The position numbers and the translations under genes were made by a program. The notes beneath the pieces are model-generated. The model was not told the DNA's origin. It saw only the letters and a list, made by a program, of their open reading frames with translations, and did not search any database. 12,273 bases of DNA, taken from positions 1 to 12,273 of the forward strand of contig CAZJUB010000077.1 of assembly GCA_964549075.1 (NCBI GenBank), given 5' to 3'. Shown piece by piece: positions 1 through 6,733 of this stretch (its first letter is position 1; the number at the start of each line of letters is the position of its first letter). This DNA comes from an uncultured archaeon (lineage in GTDB: Archaea; Asgardarchaeota; Heimdallarchaeia; Heimdallarchaeales; Heimdallarchaeaceae).

Positions 1-18
1 AACTTTACTAAACTTTAA

Positions 19-609
19 TCAGTAAAAGTTAAAGAGTTTTTTTAGAATTTTATAGGCAAAAGATGTTACTCCATAACCTTTCTTACCCATATTTCTGTTG
101 ATTAATTTTCCAACTTGATTAAACATTCCTCGAAATTTATGAGCGAATATTGTGTCAAGCATTTTCATGTCATTAAATGAATCTGGGGGAAAATTTGGAC
201 CTGGTGTAAGGAAGAAACCTGTTGTGTTCAGCTTTTGATTGTTTTTGAAGAGCTTAACAAGTTTATCTGCTCCTCTCTCAGGATTTATTCTGATGTTTGA
301 GTAAGAAACTGGTGGTTGAATCTCTAATTCTGAAGATTGAAAAGCAATTGCTGAACAACCTTGAGTTGTTGGAGTATCGTTTGAGGTAGCAATTGCAGGA
401 AATGTACCTCCAATAATATTATCAGTACCACTTTCTTCACATAATTTTGTTATTGCTTCTTCATAATTTTTCTTTTCTCTATAATTAGGAGTGTATGCGA
501 CAATAATGAAGTCTGGAGTGCCATTGATGTCTCCAATAACATCATTGATTATGTGTTTAGTTGCAGTATGGATGGATCTGTGACTTGTTGTTCCTGCTAC
601 AATCTGCAT
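19..609 (-). CDS. FIST N-terminal domain signalling protein, probably C-terminally truncated
   Basis: FIST-N-like motifs 'PDFIIVAYT', 'NIIGGTFPAI', 'GCSAIAF'. Only 196 aa with no FIST-C domain; all three minus-strand frames stop within about 35 nt of the window edge. SD-like GAGGA lies just upstream of the ATG, overlapping the roadblock stop. Confidence 0.7.
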   Translation of the reverse strand: MQIVAGTTSHRSIHTATKHIINDVIGDINGTPDFIIVAYTPNYREKKNYEEAITKLCEESGTDNIIGGTFPAIATSNDTPTTQGCSAIAFQSSELEIQPPVSYSNIRINPERGADKLVKLFKNNQKLNTTGFFLTPGPNFPPDSFNDMKMLDTIFAHKFRGMFNQVGKLINRNMGKKGYGVTSFAYKILKKLFNFY

Positions 610-618
610 AAAAATTCC

Positions 619-978
619 TCATAGATAATTCGCAATTAAGAGAGCTTTTCTCTTGGATTCTATTGATAATAAACTTAGATTTGCATTTTTACTACTAATT
701 GTTGTTAATATGGTTATATTGTTCACAACATAAAAAATTACACAGAACTCACTTAATTCATAAGTAACCTTCTTAAGATTACTTGATTTCATTTCTAATG
801 AGACTTTGTCGACATTAGCTTTGCACCATTGAATTGTTCTTAGTAACTTATGGGAATATTCTTCCTTAAATGAAGAATCGACAACATTACCATCAATACG
901 AAATAAAATTGATGCTTCTACTTCTTCAAGATGAGTTAAATCTTGTAACTCGGAATTTATTCCCAGTTTTGAACTCAT
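619..978 (-). CDS. Roadblock/LC7 (MglB-like) domain protein
   Basis: 119 aa; 'LQDLTHLEEVEASILFRIDGNVVDSSF' matches the roadblock helix-strand-DG-strand pattern, followed by a helix, three strands and a final helix 'ANLSLLSIESKRKALLIANYL'. ATGA overlap with the upstream ATPase; SD-like GAGGT upstream. Confidence 0.85.
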   Translation of the reverse strand: MSSKLGINSELQDLTHLEEVEASILFRIDGNVVDSSFKEEYSHKLLRTIQWCKANVDKVSLEMKSSNLKKVTYELSEFCVIFYVVNNITILTTISSKNANLSLLSIESKRKALLIANYL

Positions 979-1907
979 TTTCTGACCTCTTGCAAAACGT
1001 GTTTGTCTGTTAGGACTTCAACTAGTTCCATATTTTGTCTTGTATCTCTTTTCTCTCTTTCACCTAGAAGATTCTTTGCAATTTGAGCTATGATTCGTTT
1101 TTTTGGATCCTTGTCCTGGGAAAGTTCTTTCACTTTCTTCATAAGTTCCTGATATCGAATATCATATACCATGGGATCAACTTCAACAGTCTCAACAGAA
1201 CTAGTATCAATGACAATACCAGGTCCATTAACAAAATTTAACGGATAAATTCCTTCATGATGTGGAGTTTTACGAGATTTGATAATCTTACATGTACGAT
1301 TGTATTTTCCTCCTAAACCTAGATTTTGGATATGGATAACACTGTCTGACAAGTAGATAGGAACTCTAGTTTCTGTAGCTCCAATGTCTGTTTGACCAAA
1401 TGCATTAGGTTCTTCAATAGTTTGTAGAACGGTTCCTAAAGAACTCAGATGTTGGTATATTTTAGTTAATACTTTTCGTTGTTCTTTTTCAGAGGGAAAC
1501 TCCCAAAGAATTGGAGTTAAAGGGTCTAAAACTATTCTTGTGTGTTTTATATTCCTGTGTTTAAGCTTCTGAGCTAAAGCAGGAAGAATATTTGTCATAA
1601 ATTCAACAATCTTCTCACTTTCTACTAAGTGGATTAAATCTTCTGCATCATTTGTTAGACTTCTAATGTCTATACCTAGAGCTTCTGCTTCACCAATTAA
1701 CTTAGATGGTGTTTCTTCGAAAGAAAGATACAGAGTATGATCTCCGTTCAGTAAACCTTGATATAAATAAGCTAAGGCAAATGTGGTCTTTCCAGTTCCA
1801 CTACAGCCAACTATTGAGTTAACTGAATTCTTAATTATTCCACCTTGTAAGAGAACGTCAATACCCTCTATTCCAGAGGAAATTCTTTCGGTGTTAATCA
1901 TTGACAT
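975..1907 (-). CDS. KaiC-like / RAD55-family RecA-superfamily ATPase, single domain with a C-terminal helical extension
   Basis: 'ERISSGIEGIDVLLQGG', Walker A 'GCSGTGKTT', 'LYLSFEE', Walker B 'RIVLD', 'YLSDSVI', Arg-finger 'IIKSRKTPH'; about 70 extra charged, helical residues at the C-terminus. Confidence 0.92.
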   Translation of the reverse strand: MSMINTERISSGIEGIDVLLQGGIIKNSVNSIVGCSGTGKTTFALAYLYQGLLNGDHTLYLSFEETPSKLIGEAEALGIDIRSLTNDAEDLIHLVESEKIVEFMTNILPALAQKLKHRNIKHTRIVLDPLTPILWEFPSEKEQRKVLTKIYQHLSSLGTVLQTIEEPNAFGQTDIGATETRVPIYLSDSVIHIQNLGLGGKYNRTCKIIKSRKTPHHEGIYPLNFVNGPGIVIDTSSVETVEVDPMVYDIRYQELMKKVKELSQDKDPKKRIIAQIAKNLLGEREKRDTRQNMELVEVLTDKHVLQEVRK

Positions 1908-1951
1908 CTATATTTATATCCGAACAAGCTAAATAAACTCCACAATTTCTA

Positions 1952-2018
1952 TCTTCTGCTTAAATGTATATATAATAGAGATTCTCTGGAGAATTGCACT
2001 GTTTCTAAAAGCAGAAGA
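1952..2018. repeat. Inverted repeats in the divergent promoter region
   Basis: TCTTCTGCTT (1952-1961) and AAGCAGAAGA (2009-2018) are perfect 10-bp inverted arms. Between them is the palindrome ATTCTC-TG-GAGAAT (1981-1994). Confidence 0.5.
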
Positions 2019-2030
2019 GAACTTTTATAA
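2011..2030 (+). promoter_or_regulatory. Archaeal BRE/TATA promoter for the winged-helix gene
   Basis: Purine-rich GCAGAAGAGAAC followed by TTTTATAA (2023-2030), about 30 nt before ATG 2060. Confidence 0.6.
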
Positions 2031-2059
2031 GAGATTTGAATCATCTTTCTTCGAGTACT

Positions 2060-2818
2060 ATGAATTCATTCTTTCAGAAAATTAAATCTATCTTTATTTC
2101 AGAAGAAAAAAGATTCAATTCTACATTATTGGAAGAGCTAGAAATAAAAAATTTCATTAATATCAGAAAACTTGATTCTCAATTAAGTTTAGAAAAACGT
2201 TATGTTTGTATTAGAAAACTTCAGAATTCAGGAAAGATATCTGGAGTCTTTCTCTCAGATAAATCGTTTTTTTTCTCAATTTCAGATGAAGAACTAAGTG
2301 AAATTAGAAATTCTTTAAAGAAACAAGGACAAGTTGAATTATCTCCTCTCAAAGATCGATGGTCAATCAATGAAAAAACTTTAGTCCCCTTCCTAATGCA
2401 CCTAGAAAATGGTCTTATAGGTAATAACAAATTTTACTCTTTCACATTTCTTCAGAGGGAATTTGTTACTGTTCTCAAGAACGTTGAGGAATATAATTTA
2501 GAGGAGTTACAAAAAACTTACGGATTTAAACTAGAAGATATTTTAAATTTAGTTGGAAAGATAGTTGATGAGAAAGAACTTGATGGAGTTGTACAAAAAA
2601 AATACTTATACACTGGATTTAAACAGTTCGAAGAGATTGTCTCGGAATTTATCGAAGATAATTTCGAAGATTCTTTAGAAATGACCTTTGATTTCATATC
2701 AGATAAGTTAGAAATTTCTGAAAAAGATGCAGAAAGATTTTTGGTAAATTATGTGGAAAATAATCCACACAAATTAATTGTATATCCTCTAGAAAAGAAA
2801 ATCAAATTTAAAGGATAA
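2060..2818 (+). CDS. Tandem PCI-like winged-helix protein with DDRGK1/UFL1-like segments
   Basis: About four 55-60 aa WH-like units. 'IRKLQNSGKISGVFLSDKSFFFSISDEELSEIRNSLKKQGQVELSPL' resembles the DDRGK domain; 'KTYGFKLEDILNLVGKIVDEKELDGVV' resembles UFL1 WH repeats. Start moved from TTG 2036 to ATG 2060 because the TATA box ends only 5 nt before 2036. Confidence 0.65.
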   Translation: MNSFFQKIKSIFISEEKRFNSTLLEELEIKNFINIRKLDSQLSLEKRYVCIRKLQNSGKISGVFLSDKSFFFSISDEELSEIRNSLKKQGQVELSPLKDRWSINEKTLVPFLMHLENGLIGNNKFYSFTFLQREFVTVLKNVEEYNLEELQKTYGFKLEDILNLVGKIVDEKELDGVVQKKYLYTGFKQFEEIVSEFIEDNFEDSLEMTFDFISDKLEISEKDAERFLVNYVENNPHKLIVYPLEKKIKFKG

Positions 2819-2870
2819 TGTTTTATTAGAGGATTCTTTTTTGTTATTCTCTTTCTCTTCATATTTTTTG
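2819..2870 (+). terminator. T-rich / oligo-pyrimidine archaeal terminator candidate
   Basis: Several T runs (TTCTTTTTTG, CTCTTTCTCTTC, ATTTTTTTG) directly after the stop at 2818. Confidence 0.4.
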
Positions 2871-2884
2871 ATGTTATTCTGTGT

Positions 2885-2898
2885 CGAAATCTTTAAAA
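2885..2898 (+). promoter_or_regulatory. BRE/TATA promoter of the OSTC-like gene
   Basis: CGAAAT-C-TTTAAAA, ending about 31 nt before ATG 2930. Confidence 0.65.
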
Positions 2899-2929
2899 TA
2901 GTATGTTCTATCTCGAATTTTAGATAAAG

Positions 2930-3364
2930 ATGGTCAGAAAGTTACCGTGGTTATTCCCAGGAATAAGAAGACCCAGTTTCAGTTTACATCAAGTGTCTAT
3001 AAGAATTCCCACACGTATTCCTATAAGCGTTCTATATGTTATAATATATGGAATCATATTTTATATATTCGCAGGTGGAGCTTATATGTTAGTAAATAAG
3101 GATAATTTGATTAGTATTGGTCAAAATGCAGGCAATCCTCAATTTATAGCTCCTAATGTACATTTACAATATCTCATTGAAGGAATAGTAGCAGGCTTTA
3201 TCTTTGCATTTGCTGCGCTAAGTCTTTATCTCTTTGATCATGCTACACGATATGCCTTCGATGTAAGTAGCGCACAAAAAATCGAATTAATCGCAACAAT
3301 ACTTATCATTATATGGTATGTAGCCATTCTCCTATTATTCAGGGCGAAAACGACAACAGGATAG
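2930..3364 (+). CDS. Oligosaccharyltransferase subunit OSTC/DC2-like (OST3/OST6 family membrane domain)
   Basis: 144 aa with three hydrophobic helices. 'FAGGAYMLV', 'PQFIAPNVHLQYLIEGIVAGFIF' and C-terminal 'LLFRAK' parallel OSTC as recalled ('TGGIIYDVI', '[22 protein letters not shown]', 'VFMRMK'). Pro-rich N-terminus; no thioredoxin domain. Confidence 0.82.
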   Translation: MVRKLPWLFPGIRRPSFSLHQVSIRIPTRIPISVLYVIIYGIIFYIFAGGAYMLVNKDNLISIGQNAGNPQFIAPNVHLQYLIEGIVAGFIFAFAALSLYLFDHATRYAFDVSSAQKIELIATILIIIWYVAILLLFRAKTTTG

Positions 3365-3365
3365 A

Positions 3366-3986
3366 TTATTTTTTTATAACCTCTATTCCTTTTTCATTTA
3401 TTGTATAGTACTCCTCTTCGTCTTCAACTGATGCCTTCCATAGTCTTTTATTTATGTGGATTAACATAATTTCATTATCTATATAGTTCTTGATAGAAGA
3501 TCCTGCAACTGGACGAAAAGATTTTTCATTCTCTTTAAATGGAGTTACTTGATTTGTAATAATTATGGGTATATTATATTCTCTGTTTAACATCTGTAAG
3601 AATGCTAATTGTAGAGTTATTAATTTATGTGATTCTTTTTCTATTTTACTCAATCTAAAATGATCTGTTATTCCATTTATAGCTATGAAGGTAAAATCAG
3701 TTTTTCCAAGAAAATTCTGAATCTTCATTACTGTTCTTATTTGTTGTTTCTCATTAAGTAAACTAATAATTCTTATTTTTGCTAAATCGACTTCTGAATC
3801 TATCAAAATCTCTCGCAGTCTTTGAGCACTAAAGTTTACCTCACAGTCTAAAATCAAAGCTTTATTCTCTTTTTTCAATCCTTTACAAGTCTGGTAGAGC
3901 ATAGTAGTTTTTCCTGAATTCGGAGGACCTGCTATGTGTGTGATTCCTATCGGTACAATTGATTTTTCAAGAAAATCTAGGAGCAT
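3366..3986 (-). CDS. radB: RadB-like RecA/Rad51 paralogue
   Basis: 206 aa, core ATPase only. Walker A 'GPPNSGKTT', 'LILDCEVNFSAQRLREI', 'PIIITNQV', 'RPVAG'. Walker B region reads 'IAINGI'. Confidence 0.7.
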   Translation of the reverse strand: MLLDFLEKSIVPIGITHIAGPPNSGKTTMLYQTCKGLKKENKALILDCEVNFSAQRLREILIDSEVDLAKIRIISLLNEKQQIRTVMKIQNFLGKTDFTFIAINGITDHFRLSKIEKESHKLITLQLAFLQMLNREYNIPIIITNQVTPFKENEKSFRPVAGSSIKNYIDNEIMLIHINKRLWKASVEDEEEYYTINEKGIEVIKK

Positions 3987-4081
3987 TATAATAACACCAA
4001 TTTCGATTGTTTAATTATATTTTTATCAGTATTTTAATTCTTTTGCGAAAATAACCTGATTTATTGCTCTTTGCGTTATTT

Positions 4082-4306
4082 TTAAACTAGAATCAAATAT
4101 AATAAAAGAGAAAAACCAACTATACCTAAACCTTGCATTATTTTTTTAGAATGAAATCTTAGATTTCTATCCATTACCACTTTACAAAGTTTTTCAGTTG
4201 TAAACATTAATCCAATTATGAGACTGATTTTGGATATGTACAAGAATATTAAATACATCACATCTAAAAAGAACTGAAGTGCGCTTCCACCTATATCGAA
4301 TGTCAT
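4082..4306 (-). CDS. Small hypothetical membrane protein (about 74 aa, two hydrophobic segments)
   Basis: Fills the gap between nadE and the radB-like gene in the same orientation. Two hydrophobic stretches flank a basic loop. TATTTAA on the minus strand (4336-4342) lies about 30 nt upstream of ATG 4306, favouring it over GTG 4348. Confidence 0.55.
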   Translation of the reverse strand: MTFDIGGSALQFFLDVMYLIFLYISKISLIIGLMFTTEKLCKVVMDRNLRFHSKKIMQGLGIVGFSLLLYLILV

Positions 4307-4380
4307 TAATCTCAATATCATTGTATGATTATATGTTAAATACCCCACAAAAAAGGTTATATGAACAAGATTTTTTTCTT

Positions 4381-5166
4381 TTAATTTCTTTCCATTATGC
4401 AGATTTTTGGCATTTTTCCTTTATGTTTGTTTTTTTCCATAAGAGCTCTTATTCTATCTACTTGTGCTGGCTTTAATCCTAAATCTATTGCTAACTTTCC
4501 TTCATCTATATTGTTCTCTATTCCAAGTAAGAATTTGTCTAATTTTTCATAGGATGCTCCTATTTCATTCTCATCAGTTTGATTAACCCATAAACCAGCT
4601 GTTGGAGGTTTTTCAATTATTTTTTTATTTATACCCAACTCTTTACAAATCTGATATAATTCGGTTTTGTAAAGATCACCTATCGGCCACATATCAGCAG
4701 CTAAATCACCATATTTTGTACCATATCCAATAGCGAGTTCGGACTTATTTGATGTACCTATGACTAATTTGTGTTCGAGATTTGCAATTGTATAGAGAAA
4801 AACTGCCCTTAATCTAGCTTTCAGGTTTCCTTTAGCTATTCTATCTTTATTAATTTGCGGTAAAATTTCTGATATTTCAATAAGAGGTTTTGATATTTCT
4901 ACTATTCTCAGCTCAATACCAAGTTGCTGGGCAATTAGTTTAGCATCTTCAGTGTGATGAGAATCCATCTCTTTTTCTGGGAGATGCACCAAAGTAACAT
5001 TTTCTTTTCCAATAGCTAAAGTTGTAAGAAATGCCACGGCAGCTGAGTCAATACCCCCACTAAGGCCTATTACGGCGCCTTGAACACTAGCTTTTTCTAT
5101 TTCTTCTTTAATAGAAGTAACTATTTCTTTGATTGCTTTTTTTTCATCTTTAATAAATGAAACCAT
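4381..5166 (-). CDS. nadE: NH3-dependent NAD+ synthetase
   Basis: 'GLSGGIDS' PP-loop, 'GNLKARLR', 'GTSNKSE', 'GYGTKYGD', 'PIGDLYKT', 'PPTAGLW'; no glutaminase domain. Confidence 0.97.
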   Translation of the reverse strand: MVSFIKDEKKAIKEIVTSIKEEIEKASVQGAVIGLSGGIDSAAVAFLTTLAIGKENVTLVHLPEKEMDSHHTEDAKLIAQQLGIELRIVEISKPLIEISEILPQINKDRIAKGNLKARLRAVFLYTIANLEHKLVIGTSNKSELAIGYGTKYGDLAADMWPIGDLYKTELYQICKELGINKKIIEKPPTAGLWVNQTDENEIGASYEKLDKFLLGIENNIDEGKLAIDLGLKPAQVDRIRALMEKNKHKGKMPKICIMERN

Positions 5167-5235
5167 TTTTGGTCGAATACTTTTTCTAAAATAGATTTAA
5201 TAATCTTCTTCTTTGAGTAAAAACTCTATGGGAGG

Positions 5236-5311
5236 TGGAGCCTCGAAGGGGATTTGAACCCCTGACCTCTGCCTTACCAAGGAAGCGCTCAACCAGCTAA
5301 GCTATCGAGGC
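5236..5311 (-). tRNA. tRNA-Thr(GGT), intronless, with encoded CCA
   Basis: GCCTCGA-TA-GCTT AGCTGGTT GAGC-G-CTTCC TTGGTAA GGCAG-AGGTC-AGGGG TTCAAAT CCCCT-TCGAGGC-T-CCA. Full cloverleaf, anticodon at 5276-5278, U73 discriminator. Confidence 0.95.
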
Positions 5312-5497
5312 AAATCAAATGAATTTTTCTGAGATGTTTTTTAAAGATTATGATTTTAATTATGTAATTACTTAGCATTTTGTAGAGCAAAATAATTTAG
5401 AATTATTGATTTTAAATTATATTCTTATAGGATTTAATTTGATTTTTACTAAATAATTCTCGAATTACCTATCTATTGCTGAAAAATCCACAAAGGG

Positions 5498-5514
5498 CGA
5501 AAAGTCTAAATATA
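5498..5514 (+). promoter_or_regulatory. BRE/TATA promoter of the GIFT-domain gene
   Basis: CGAAAAG-TCTAAATATA, about 27-30 nt before ATG 5541. Confidence 0.55.
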
Positions 5515-5540
5515 CTTTCTTTAAATTCCTAACAAATTGC

Positions 5541-6656
5541 ATGAATTGGGATAATATGAAAAACCATACAGTAGTATTAATTTTAATTAGTATGCTAGCT
5601 TTAACAAGTGTTCGACCTATATATTCAGCTACAGAGCCAATTGTTGAAAAAAAGGTTCTAGATTATGTTATTCTCTATGATGAGTCTCATGGACAATATT
5701 TCAATAGGACACTTATGACTACAGCTTTGGATTCCCTTTCTAATATTACTGTGCAAGATCCTGAAGTAGAAATTAGCATCGATATATTATTCCAAGAAAA
5801 TGGTACAAAATTTAATTCAACAAATTTGCAAGGTATTGATCTATTGATCATAACCAATCCTGGGATAGACAATGATTTTACAAATGCTGAAATCAATGCT
5901 ATTCTGGATTTTGTTGAACTAGGTGGTTCTTTATTCTTACTTAATAATCCTCTAACTCGAAGTGAAAATATAACTGGTCACACTGCCACTATGAACAACT
6001 TACTTTCATCAAGAAGCAATAGAATGACCTCTGCTAGATTTACATCCTGCACAGATCAAATCCACTCTCAAGTAATAATAGATGATTTCAACTCCACATA
6101 TGGTAATGATTCCTACATAACAATAAATGAATACAATACAACCAAAAACATACTTACCTCACAAATTAGTTATTTCTGGCAAGAAGTTGCAATTGATAAT
6201 GTTACAATATATTCAACTCCTATTACACTAGGAAATGAAAAATCAGATGATAATACTGATAACGTGGAATTAGGGAAAACTCTTTTTACTTCTTACTCTG
6301 TTGATGAAGACTATAGTATCTTCAGAAATACAGCTACTGGCTTTCTTACTTGGTTACTGAGTAAAGATTTAGGAAATTCAAGATTAATTATGTCTGGCTC
6401 TACAATCATGTTTAGTGATTATATTATCTCTGGAAATTCAACTTGGATTGAAGAGAATCAAAATCTTGATTTGTGGAAAAATCTGATTCTTTGGCTCTTA
6501 GAATATACTCCTCATCCAGTTAGAGAGCCACCAGCAATTTGGGTTTTTGAGAATTATGCGTTAGTTGTTGCAGCTCTCTCCATTGTAATCTTTGGTATTT
6601 CTATAATTATTTACAAATATCGTAACAAAAAACGATTATCAGTTAAAATACAATAA
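5541..6656 (+). CDS. Type I membrane glycoprotein with a GIFT (GldG/IFT52/DUF4350/Wbp1-like) domain
   Basis: Signal peptide ('KNHTVVLILISMLALTSV', start at 5541 or 5557 region), 'ILYDESHGQ', 'DLLIITNP', 'EINAILDFVELGGSLFLL', 'SRLIMSGSTIMFSD', 'QNLDLWKNLILWL', C-terminal TM helix and basic tail. Ten N-x-S/T sequons in the mature part. Confidence 0.75.
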   Translation: MNWDNMKNHTVVLILISMLALTSVRPIYSATEPIVEKKVLDYVILYDESHGQYFNRTLMTTALDSLSNITVQDPEVEISIDILFQENGTKFNSTNLQGIDLLIITNPGIDNDFTNAEINAILDFVELGGSLFLLNNPLTRSENITGHTATMNNLLSSRSNRMTSARFTSCTDQIHSQVIIDDFNSTYGNDSYITINEYNTTKNILTSQISYFWQEVAIDNVTIYSTPITLGNEKSDDNTDNVELGKTLFTSYSVDEDYSIFRNTATGFLTWLLSKDLGNSRLIMSGSTIMFSDYIISGNSTWIEENQNLDLWKNLILWLLEYTPHPVREPPAIWVFENYALVVAALSIVIFGISIIIYKYRNKKRLSVKIQ

Positions 6657-6702
6657 GTTCTGTTTTTCAGCTTCTAATTTCTTTTTTTCTTAAAGAGTGG
6701 TG

Positions 6703-6710
6703 TATAAATA
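6703..6710 (+). promoter_or_regulatory. TATA box of the HTH regulator (leaderless spacing)
   Basis: TATAAATA ends 23 nt before ATG 6734; it is preceded by a T-tract terminator candidate of the upstream gene. Confidence 0.55.
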
Positions 6711-6733
6711 TTGAAGTTTCGGTATTTTATCTG

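Noticed and set aside
975-1907. Circadian clock KaiC
   Set aside because: Single ATPase domain, the S/T phosphosite pair is replaced ('PIYLSD'), and no kaiA or kaiB is present.
2221-2430. 69-aa minus-strand ORF
   Set aside because: Antisense shadow wholly inside the winged-helix gene; no motifs.
4279-4476. 65-aa plus-strand hydrophobic ORF
   Set aside because: Overlaps nadE and the small membrane gene antisense; its Phe-richness reflects Lys codons on the other strand.
5167-5540. tRNA as an integration site for a mobile element
   Set aside because: I saw no duplicated tRNA 3' end, integrase or transposase; the flanking genes look chromosomal.
5687-5896. 69-aa minus-strand ORF
   Set aside because: Antisense shadow of the GIFT-domain gene.
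6618-6656. Eukaryotic KKxx/KxKxx ER-retrieval motif on the Wbp1-like tail
   Set aside because: The tail ends SVKIQ, with only one Lys (at -3).
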